Assembly (NCBI RefSeq): GCF_009914755.1
Contig: NC_060944.1
DNA length: 64,000 nucleotides
Direction: 5' to 3' (one strand)
From: the human T2T-CHM13v2.0 reference genome, Homo sapiens
The notes under the pieces were generated by a model that saw only the letters and a program-made list of their open reading frames with translations, was not told where the DNA came from and ran no database searches. Positions 54,335 to 64,000 of the stretch are shown piece after piece. The position numbers and the translations under genes were made by a program. Positions within the stretch are counted from its first letter, which is position 1. Every line of letters starts with the position of its first letter.

Positions 54335-54945
54335 TGAGGATTAATTTACATTCAGTGAAATGCACAGATCTGAAGTATACAGTTTGAGTTTTGACAAATA
54401 TATACTCCCATGGATCCACCACCATAGTCAAGATTTAGAACATTTTCATCTCCCTAGAATGTCCCTTTCTGCCCCATTCTAGTCAATTCCTCCCCCTCCA
54501 TCCACCCCAGGTAACCAATGTTCTGATTTTTATCACTAGAGATTAGTTTTACCTGATCTAGAATTTCATATAAATGGAGTCCAACAATATTCACTACTTT
54601 GAGTCTGGCTTCCCTCACTTAGTGTTATCTTCTTGAAGTTCATCCACATTGTTGTGTGTATCAAGAGTTTATTCCTTTTAACTACTGAATAGTATGCCAC
54701 TGTATGATTATACCACACTTTAAACATCTAATCTTGCTGATGGACATTTGAGTTATTTCTTATTTTTGGCCATTGCAAATAAAACTGGTATGAAAGTTCA
54801 TGTACAAGACTTTTGTTGGCAGATGCACTTATTTCTTTTGTGTAGATACCCAGTAGTGGAATTGCTGGGTCAGAGGGAAAGTGTATGTTTTATGTCATAA
54901 GAAACCACCAAGCAGTTTTCCAAGGCAGTTGTGCCATTTCACGCT
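54335..54945 (-). mobile_element. L1MB/L1ME 3' fragment
   Basis: 'aaatgcacagatctgaagtatacag...tagaatttcatataaatgga...ttcatccacattgttgtgtgtatca...cccagtagtggaattgctgggtc'. Confidence 0.88.
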
Positions 54946-55214
54946 CTTACTCAAGACTTTCTCTCAAACAATTAGCAGCACAGAAAGGCGGACTTTTGTA
55001 CTACTTTCTCTCACCACCCCCATCTCCTTTTTGCCTTGTCAAACCAGTCAACTCTAGAAAACTTGAACATATGGCAGGACTCAATAATACACATTCAGAT
55101 TATTTAGGCTCTCCATTTTCTCATTCATTCTGTGAAAAAAATCATTGTCACTAGACACAAAGAAATGAAAGGGTGGACTTCAAAATCCAGGGAGAAAGCA
55201 ACAACTAACTTCGT

Positions 55215-55720
55215 ACTTAATGGTGGCTATTAAATCACCTTCAGATCATGAAAAAAGCAAAAATATTTACTCTGGCCAATTCCATTAACATTGTACTATA
55301 GTTCATACCAGTGCCATAAGGCAAGAAAAAGAAAAACAGGCATAGAGATTGAAAAGAAGAATACAACTCTTTACTCACAAATGGCATTTTTATCTATGTA
55401 ACAATCCTGAGAAATTGACACAAAAGCTTCTAGAACTAATATGTAAGTGTAGCAAGATTTCAGTACTCAAGGTTGATATACAAAATCAATAGTATTTGTG
55501 TATCCAACAGCAAACAATTGAAAATAAAATTAAAAATACCATTTAAAGTAGCGTCAAAAAGCATAACATACTTAAACTTATTTCTAACAAAATGTGCAAG
55601 ACTTGTACACAAAAATACAAAACATTTCAGTCATGGAAGACCTAATAAATGGAAAACTATGCCACATGCATGGTTTAGAAAACTCAATATCATTAAGATG
55701 TCAGTTCTTCTCAAATTGCT
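55215..55720 (+). mobile_element. Old L1 ORF2 fragment (degenerate)
   Basis: 'gcttctagaactaata...tatacaaaatcaata...aataccatttaaagtagc...gacctaataaatgga...aactcaatatcattaagatgtcagttct'. ORF 55473-55841 shows an ORF2p-like 'YKIN...KIPFKVASKSITYL'. Confidence 0.8.
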
Positions 55721-55724
55721 CTCT

Positions 55725-55925
55725 AGCAGGAATTGGCAAATATTTTGTGTAAAGGGACAGACAATAAATATTTTAGGTTTTGTAGGCTATATGATATTAA
55801 TTGTGGCTATTAAACCCTGCCTTTGCAATGCAAAAGTATAGATAATATGTAAATGAACAAGTGTGGCTGTGTCTCCATAAAACTTCATTTACAAAAACAG
55901 GTGGGGGGCTAGATTGTCCCTCTTC
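55725..55925. mobile_element. MER58A
   Basis: 'caggaattggcaaatattttgtgtaaagggacagacaataaatattttagg...aaaacttcatttacaaaaacaggtgg'. Confidence 0.85.
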
Positions 55926-56426
55926 TATTGCACATAAACTGAAAAACAAGAGGTAAAACCAGAGGGACTCTAGGGTGGCTTCCAACTTTGTCTTTTTCTA
56001 ATTGTGCTAGAGAAAGAGAGAATATAAGTTATACCTGCTTCTTTGGCTGCTAATTCTCTTGCCAACCTTATCTTCATATATAAAAGGTGAGTATTAAGTC
56101 TACTTGGTAGTGTTGACGGGGGGATTAAGTGAAATAATGTAAAAATCTGGGACGATGTCAGACTTGTTCAAAGATATTCACACTTCCCCTGCTCTCTGTT
56201 ATATTTTCCCATTTGTTTTCAGAATTTAGCTTTAAGGTTTGGGAATCCAAATACTGTTTTCAATCAAGCAGCCAAGGCTTCAGATGACAAGCTTGTGTGT
56301 GTTTGGAAAACGTGGCCTCATGATGTGCACACCTAGGACTGGTGCAGCTGTCATACTGCCATTTCTTAGTGTAGGGTGCTGGGGTTTGAATTTTGATAAT
56401 CCCTGTGGGACACCTCAGAAGGACTA

Positions 56427-56501
56427 GGCTTTATCTCCAAAGGGGTCACAGTGAGTAGAGTTTTGGCTTTATCTCCAAAGGGGTCACAGTGAGTAGAGTT
56501 T
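56427..56501. repeat. Perfect 38-bp-period tandem duplication
   Basis: ggctttatctccaaaggggtcacagtgagtagagttt at 56427 and 56465, 37/37 identical. Confidence 0.97.
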
Positions 56502-56619
56502 AGGATGCCATGGGGTTGCAGTCCAGAATCACCAGGCACCTAGTCCCATTTCTTTTTTAAGAAGACATGCTGCTTCTTGTAAACATTACACTCCAGCCTC
56601 CCGGCATAATCCCAAATAA

Positions 56620-57120
56620 TGTCATTTCTGGGAAAAGTTGATAAGTGGTGAGAATTTAAGCCTTTTCATCTGTTGGGAATAAAAGTGGGTAGACATGCAG
56701 AAGTTTTCTTCTACCTTACATAGTTGCACCTCCTCGGCATTCACTTTCCTTTCACTTTCTGGAATTGAGCTGGCCAGAGATGAGGATCGGTATGCTGCTT
56801 CCTTCAGCCCTGCCCTGTGTGGCGTTTGTCTTGCAACTTTCCCATGCTTGTTTCAACAGGAAAAAAAGCAAAGAGATTGACATATAGCTACCCCGAGGCT
56901 AGATTGTCACCGAAATAGATTTCTCCAAATAAAAATAAGGGCCGTTTTTGCTTGCAAGGCCTTGCAATGAAACAGAGTTAATAAAAACTGCATGGGAAAC
57001 TCACATTGCAGCTATAAAAATATTAAAAAATAGAATTCTTAGCTAAAGTCAGCAGTGATTGTTGGCTCGAGGTAGAAATTAGGGAGTAAAACATTCTGAA
57101 ACACTCATTGAAAGTGAAGA
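56620..57120. promoter_or_regulatory. Candidate cytokine/interferon-responsive element (GAS plus tandem IRF sites)
   Basis: TTCTGGGAA at 56626-56634. ttcactttcctttcactttct at 56740-56760 (reverse complement AGAAAGTGAAAGGAAAGTGAA). Another gaaagtgaa at ~57110. Confidence 0.4.
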
Positions 57121-58404
57121 GAGGGAAGAATTATTACCCTTTATCCATTTGGTTAACCCTTCAGAAGTAAAGCTAGAGTCACACTTGCTTAGCAAGTGAT
57201 TAAGTACTGGGTTTTTAAGCGTAGGACAGACCATTTTCTCCTGTGGCTAACCTGTAACAAACAGAAAATAGGGCCACTTAAAAATTAGCACAAACATATA
57301 TAAGAAACAAAGCTGCTCCAACAGGAAAACTTGGTAAGATCATTGACGAAAACGTCTACAGCTTCATTCGTTCTTCTCCTTCAGCCTCTGTCCCTGTGTG
57401 TGTATATCAGATGTCTCTGAGGTTAAAGCTTGTGTGTCCTCCTGGGCTGGAGTACAGGGACACCCTTCATCACTCTCCAGTCCCCAGTGCCCAGTGTCAT
57501 CATCTGGAATATCTTCTGGAACCCTGGAGGGATGGTTTGTTTCTACAGCTCCCCACTAGCAGGGGTCTTTCCTCTAAGAATGGTGCTTCCAGGATCTCTC
57601 CAGGCTCAGTTTCAGGCGCCACTAGATCATCAGGGAATGGTGATTGATTATCTGAGAAATGTATCTATTTGCATTCAGGATTCACCAAGTCACTATTCTA
57701 ATGGGAACTCACTAATTGGCTTCACTAATTCCCACTTAGAACTACAAGCATTAAAAGTCACAGTATCTAAGACAAGTGAGCTTTTAGCTCCTGGTTGCAA
57801 TAGGGGAATTTATAAGAATATTTAGAAGTGATCCAGGTTCCTTTCTTTCCCTCTCCTTAAAGCACATAAACTCTGGTCATTTTCACAGGTTTTTGCTAAT
57901 TAATACCACCACTGTGGAAATGGGGGCTGTTCTACAAACAAGCTGCAACAAATGGGATTTTTATTGCTGGTGGAAAAGTCTGGGGAATAATTAGCAGATC
58001 TATGGAGATCCCTTGACTCCGGGCATCTGCATGGTAATGGCCAACCCTGGAGATCACTCAGGGAAATGGGGTCGGACTTTCCACCTTAGGGCACATTTAT
58101 ATTGTCAGTTACAGCCTTCAAACTGCAGTGGGACAAATGTGGGAAAATATTTTGTGAAATACTAGACAAATGAACCTGGTGTTGACCAATCTCAACTAGG
58201 AAAACTGGCTCTGCTTTGCTAAGTGCTGTACAGCAGCCAAGACTCGCAAATGAAATATTTTGATATCTTGTTAAACTTGAGTCCCCAGAGGGAGGCACAC
58301 ACACATACACATGATGGACTCGGGTCCTCAAGGTGGAAGGCCAGAGAAGATTAGAGAAACGACTGGCTCGAGGGGGGAAGAGAGAACCGTGAGGTCATCT
58401 GGTC

Positions 58405-58900
58405 CAGAGGTTTGTACTCAAAGGATCCTTGGAGAGAATCCAGGGGGATTCTGTGAACTTGGATGGGAAAATAATTACATTTTTGTGTTCCCTAACGTCT
58501 AATTGAAATATACTCTTTCTTTCTATTTCAAATGAGGACAAAAAATCATAAGAACATCAGCTATACCCATGATATTGACACAGTGGAAATCAAAGATGTC
58601 TTTATATCATATTATAGTGTAGATATCTCAAGACATCATCTCTGCCCATCACTTCTGTGAAATTATGGTAGTTACTGAACCCACTGCTAGATCTTCTTCT
58701 TTAGTGTGCTACTAAAGAAAATACATATATTACTATATCACACATTTAAAACTATTTTGAGTACTGTGTTTTCTGTCATTAGGTTTTTGAGTAACTTTAT
58801 ATATTTTATCTACTTATGAGCAAAAAGCATTATTCTGAGAACAGGACATAGTCTTTATCACACTGCCAAGAGGTCCATAATACATGGTATAAGATCCCCT
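58405..58900. mobile_element. MER113-like hAT-Charlie element, within a MIR
   Basis: 'gaatccagggggattctgtgaacttggatgggaaaataattacat...aaattatggtagttactgaacccactgctagatct...cattattctgagaa...ctgccaagaggtccat'. MIR continues at 58905-59010 ('tttacagctgaggaaatcgaggc'). Confidence 0.75.
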
Positions 58901-59859
58901 TCTCGCCCAGTCTTCTCTATTTACAGCTGAGGAAATCGAGGCAGCGCTGGCAAGTGGCAGAGAAAAAGCTGGAACCCCAAGGTGCTGTCTCTAAGTCTGT
59001 TCTCACCATTCTTCTGCAGGAGAAGAAAGTACCCTTGGTAAAAACAACATGGAATACTTTCTTAAAACAATGTTTCAACGTGTAGGAATCAGGGATGATA
59101 AGTAATTCCCGAGGCTAGTCTTAGCTAGAGAATTTGTTTTCAAATTCAAATATACTTTTCTACCTTCATTTTAAAGTGTGGACATTGCCAAGTTAAGTGA
59201 ATGTTGTTATTTTAAAAAATTAACATGGAGGCCCAATTATGTGGGTTATATTTAAACAGTTCCACAGAATATATTTCATGTTATTTTCTACACCTATAGC
59301 AGCAAGTTTATCTCCTGCATATTTAAGGCAATTTGAAATGAAATTTTTAATCTGTGAACACCCCAACTGTGAGCCTTAGGAAGCTGGGTGTCAGACCAAG
59401 CTAGGTTACGATGAGTATGGATAATTTAAATTATCAACTTCATGTATTATCTAGAATGGCATGCATTGATTATATACATGTGTACATGTACTTACTAGTG
59501 GAAAAGACAAGAAGCACATTCATTTCAAGTAGTTGATGTCTCTCATGAAAGCATTAGCTGATTCTACTTCCTTGGTGTGGACATAAAGATGAAAGAAATT
59601 CAAATAAATTATCTCTTAATGGTTAAATTGATGGCACATTTTCTCAAAGCAATTGATCCTGACACATTGTGGTTTTCTAAATTTCATAATTTGTGGAATT
59701 GTAAAACTGTAGAATGGAAAGGGATCTTATATGTCATCTAATTCAGTAATTCTCAAACTTTAGATTTCTCGACCATTCTCTTTTTTCTTTTTCAGCAATT
59801 TATCAGATGGGACATAGATAGGGGCACATTTATTCATCTATTTTGGCTTTAATGTTTAT

Positions 59860-60545
59860 GTTTTAGTTTTGAAATAATATCAGACTTATAAAAAAGTCAC
59901 AAATATTGTATAATTTCAGTATGCCCTCATCCAGACTCTTCAAATAGTAATATTTCTTACAATTACAGTACAGTGATCAAAATGATAAAATTAACGTTGA
60001 TACGATCCTATTGTCTAAGCTATAGTCTTTACTTAGATTTTACATTATTTCACTAATATCCTTTTCTTGATCCAGAATCCAATGTAGGATTGTATGTTGC
60101 ATTTAGTTGTCACCTCTACTTATTCTCCTTTAATCTGAGACATTCCTCAGTCTTTCTTTGTGTTTTGTGACATTGAACGTTAAACATTTTGCCAGTGATT
60201 TTGTGAAAGTTTCCTCATTTTAGGTCTGTCTGATGTTTTTCATGATTCTTCTCAGGTTATGCACTTTTAGTAGGAATACCATGGAAGAGATATTGTGTCC
60301 TTCTCAGTGCAGCCTATTAGGAGGCATGTGGTGTTGATATCTTATCACTGGTGATATTAACTTTGATCACTTGGTTAACGGAGTGTCCGCTAGTTTCTCC
60401 ACTATAAAATTACACATCTCCTGTTGTAATCAGTAAGTATTCTGTGGGGATATGCTTTGAGACTATATAAAAATCTTGTTTCCCCTCTTACTTTCACCTG
60501 CTAATTTTAATCAATGATCTTGCTTGAAACAACTGTTAGGATTGT
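59860..60545 (-). mobile_element. L1MC 3' fragment
   Basis: 'ttttgaaataatatcagacttata...gttgcatttagttgtca...gatattaactttgatcacttggttaa...gctttgagactat'. Confidence 0.8.
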
Positions 60546-61300
60546 ATGAAAAAGTTTGTTAAAGAGAAGATTCAATATTTAACATGAAATCCACAATTTT
60601 AATTTTCTTGAGATTCAGCTTGGTTTTTTATAATTACTTCATTACCTTGCTTAATTTCTTTCTCTCATTATTTATTTACATTCTCATTATAAATGCCATG
60701 AGAATGTGACAGTTACGAATGTTCACACAATCTAAATGTCCTTGCAAGATAAGTGTGGTAATTCCTGAAGGTTCTGATCGGATTTCAAGTATTTAACAAC
60801 ACAGAAAAAGGCACAATGTGAATTATTTTATGCATGAATGTAATTTAATCACATCCCATGAGTACAGAAGAGCATAGTTATTTATACCTTCAAGGCTTCA
60901 AACACCTAATAAATACACACAATATTGAAAGGAAACCTTCATGTTACACAGGTGTCAAAATCATACATTTCATGTTGTACTCTAAGACTCATCAAAGTGA
61001 GCTGAAGCCTCGAGGACAGAGAGGGAGAATTGTGATCTGAAAATTTCTTGGATTAACATTTGACTATCGACTTCAGTATTTTTATAGCTCAAGTCTAGGT
61101 ACACGTAAGTAAGCAGAAAAATAAAACTCCTACCTCGGATTTTACATGCTGCTTTGGAAGGTAATATAAGACTCTGAGATATATCTGGGCCTCCACAAAA
61201 AGAGAAAAGAGGCTTGCCTGCTTGTTCTTGGAATGCATGGGGCCAGCTGGTAGAGACCTATCTACAGCAATCCCCAAAATGTGAATAAGAATCAGCTTCT

Positions 61301-61560
61301 GGCTGAGCATGGTGGCTCACGCCTGTAATCCCAGCACTTTGGGAGGCTGAGGCAGGTGGATTGCTTTGAGCTCAGGAGTTTGAGGCCAGCCTGGGCAACA
61401 TGGTGAAAGCCTGTCTCTACTAAAGACACAAAAATTAGTGGGGTGTGGTGGCACGCTTGTGGTCCCAGCTACTCAGGAGGCTGAGGTGGGAGAATCACTT
61501 GAACTCCAGAGGCCGAGGTTGCAGAGTGATCCCCTGTCTAAAAAAAAAAAAAAAAAAAAA
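61301..61560 (+). mobile_element. Alu with internal right-arm deletion and 13-bp TSD
   Basis: TSD aagaatcagcttc at 61287-61299 and 61561-61573. The right arm reads 'gaggttgcag|agtgatcccctgtct'. Confidence 0.95.
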
Positions 61561-62894
61561 AAGAATCAGCTTCCTACTAGACTGATTTTTTGTTTCAGGG
61601 CCAACTCTTAAAATATAGACATATGAAATAAAGATGTTGCTATAGGAGGGATCATTTTTCTTTTCCAAGATACCAAACAAAACAATTTCGTAAACCTTTA
61701 GCTAGTTCCTGCTTCACTTCATCAGAAGCCATTGCTGTTTCTAAGCCAGTTCTTAGAAAACTCAAGTGCTGGAAATGTAACACCTCCATCACCTCTCATC
61801 CCTTGTTACTGTCAAAACTCTTTCTTAATGCCCACCTGAGGACCTGCATCAATAAAAACCCAATCTTTCAAAATCTAATCATAATAGTAATGCCAAAACT
61901 TGTTTCTTGACCAACCCTTACCAACAATGTAATCAGCTCCTCAGAGGAAGATTTGAAAATACGATCATCAAGTATGTTGTGGACACAATGCTGAGAGGGA
62001 ACACAATTTCTAGATAAGAGACTTAAATTGACTTTAAGATTGACTTAAAATTCAAAAGGCCATGACCGCTGAGTTTGGGCCAAATCTAACAAGTGGAAAT
62101 GAACAGGGCTGTCTGTAAAATTGTTCACTTGGGTCAGAAATGATTTGCTGGCACAAGTACAGGTCAGAGAGGGAGCAAATGGAAAAACAAAATAAAATGA
62201 AAGAAAACCTTGGGAATTTTCACTGCAAATAAACTAAAGCTAGAGATGCAGAGTGGCTGGAAATGTAACTATTCCCACCCACTTCCGTGTGGGGCCCTTG
62301 AATGCAGAATTTATTCAACTGAAAGTGAAGACCTTGACCGAAATATCGAGGGCCTTGAGCTTATTTTCTTCTGTATGACCATCTTTCAGAAACAAATGAA
62401 TTCTTTCAAAACAAAAAAAAAAAAGGAAAGAAGAAAAAAAAAGGAGAAACAAAAGTCAAAGAAGATTTTGAAAAAAGTAATAACTGACCAATTTGGCATT
62501 AGAAAACAAATATTTTGATGCATATGAGAATTAAACTTGTATAATGCAAAACCATCTCAAGTGTTCTGGGTATAGAAAATTATTTAATGAGGTCAAAATA
62601 GAGAGGTAGATGCAGTAGTTTTCATCAAATTCACATTTGCAAATATTCTTTTGATACATAATCCCCTGTGTTCAGTGCCAGAAAAATGGTGCTAATTTTG
62701 GAATAAAATCAGACCTTGCTCCGGATTCACAAAATATTCATCATAAGAATGAAGAATGAGAGATGAGAAAAATAAATGTGAGTTGAGAGAAAGTAAGGAA
62801 AGCTTTCTGCAGAACAGAAAGAGAACACATTTCCTGCATCCTGAGCCTCTCTCCTGTTTTTATTTTCCTTGTAAATTTCCCACATTTCAGAATG

Positions 62895-63610
62895 TAGGTT
62901 GATGTAGCCATTATGGAAAACAGTTTGAAATTAAAAATAGAACTACCGTACAACCCAGCAATCCCTCTTCTGGGTATGTACCTGAGGGACATGAAGTCAC
63001 TACCTCGTAAAGATATCTGCACTCCCGTGTTTATTGCAGGACTAGTCACAATAGCCAAGACATGGAAACACCTAAATGTTCATCGACTGATAAATGGATA
63101 CAGAAAATGTGGTACATACATAATACAATGGAATATTATTCAGCCTTAAAAAAGAGATCCTGCCATTTGCCATAACATGGGCGGACCTGGAGAACATTAT
63201 GCTAAGTGAAATAAGCCAGGCACAGAAAAATACTGCATGATCTCACTTATATGTGGAATATATTTTTTAAAAGAGGTCAAGTACACAGAATAAAACTGTG
63301 GTTACCATGGGGTAAAAGAAGGGTGGAGAGCAAATGGGGGAACATAGGTCAAAGGGAACAAAATTGCAGATATATAGGATGAACAAATTTATAGATTGAA
63401 TGTACAACATGAGGACTAAAGTTAATACAATTATATTGAATTAGAGATCTTTGTTAAATAAGTTGATTTCAGTTGCTCTTGTCACCAAAAAAACTATGTG
63501 AGATAATAGATATGTTAATTTGCTTTACTATAGTAACCATTTTATTATCTATATGTGTCCCATAACATCATGTTGTAAAACTCAAATATGCACAATAAAA
63601 TTTATTTTTT
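62895..63610 (+). mobile_element. L1MA 3' end (ORF2 C-terminus remnant plus 3' UTR)
   Basis: ORF 62913-63149 '[17 protein letters not shown]...[18 protein letters not shown]' is homologous to the L1 ORF2p C-terminus. The 3' UTR ends 'cacaataaaattt'. Confidence 0.92.
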
Positions 63611-64000
63611 TTAAATCCCACCTTTCATTAAGGCCACCCAAGGATTTCCCTGTAAGCTCAGGGAAGAAAATCAATTCTGTGGATGTACTGTGAGACAGCC
63701 AAGGAGCAGGCCCTAGGGAGGAAGCCTGCCAGTGGACAAGCAGATACAGGTGTCTACAGCTGAAGCATTTACCTAGAAACAGGTTGCATATTTTCTGATC
63801 ACTTTGAATTTTTGTTTTGAAGGCCCTGAAGAATTAATTAGGTGTCAGGGCCTTTTGTCTGCTATGTCCAGTCCCTGAAAGAACTGAAGCCATGAAGCCA
63901 CTTAGAACCAGCACATCAACTGTTTTCTAGATGATCAGAAACCTCCAGAGCTTTTCACTTCAGCTCACTGTATGCTTTTAAGCAACAGAGATTTAAAAGT

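Noticed and set aside
62913-63149. ORF with clear protein homology
   Set aside because: It is an L1 ORF2p C-terminal remnant that appears frameshifted. The same applies to 55473-55841.

Overview
Primate, very probably human, non-coding genomic DNA (intronic or intergenic). The window holds 13 Alu elements or fragments, most with visible target-site duplications (TSDs). It also holds old L1M, L2 and MIR fragments, MaLR/ERVL/ERV1 LTRs (MLT1, MST, THE1, LTR33/LTR16-like, a MER4-group int-PPT-LTR junction), hAT/Tigger DNA-transposon fossils (MER5, MER3, MER33/Charlie5, MER58, MER113, Tigger-like) and simple repeats. I can support no protein-coding gene, RNA gene or CRISPR array. The ORF track is explained by Alu, L1, L2 and microsatellite sequence or by chance, and I could not identify the host locus. 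I found no new multi-gene system. The most unusual signal visible in the sequence is a set of local templated copy events. (1) A ~230-bp composite inverted insertion at 42619-42851, built from two out-of-order donors 2.7-3 kb upstream, ending in a perfect 13-bp fold-back hairpin and interrupting an L2. (2) A 67-bp direct copy (4811/6392). (3) A 32-bp copy inside a MER33 (32752/34178). (4) A perfect 38-bp tandem duplication. Regulatory candidates are a 20/20 p53 response element in an MLT1 LTR (a second copy is 19/20), a strong CTCF motif, a GATA/MEF2 cluster, a GAS+ISRE cluster, two CpG-retaining islets and a possible alternative first exon. Repeat names come from recalled consensus sequences and their boundaries are approximate unless a TSD is given.
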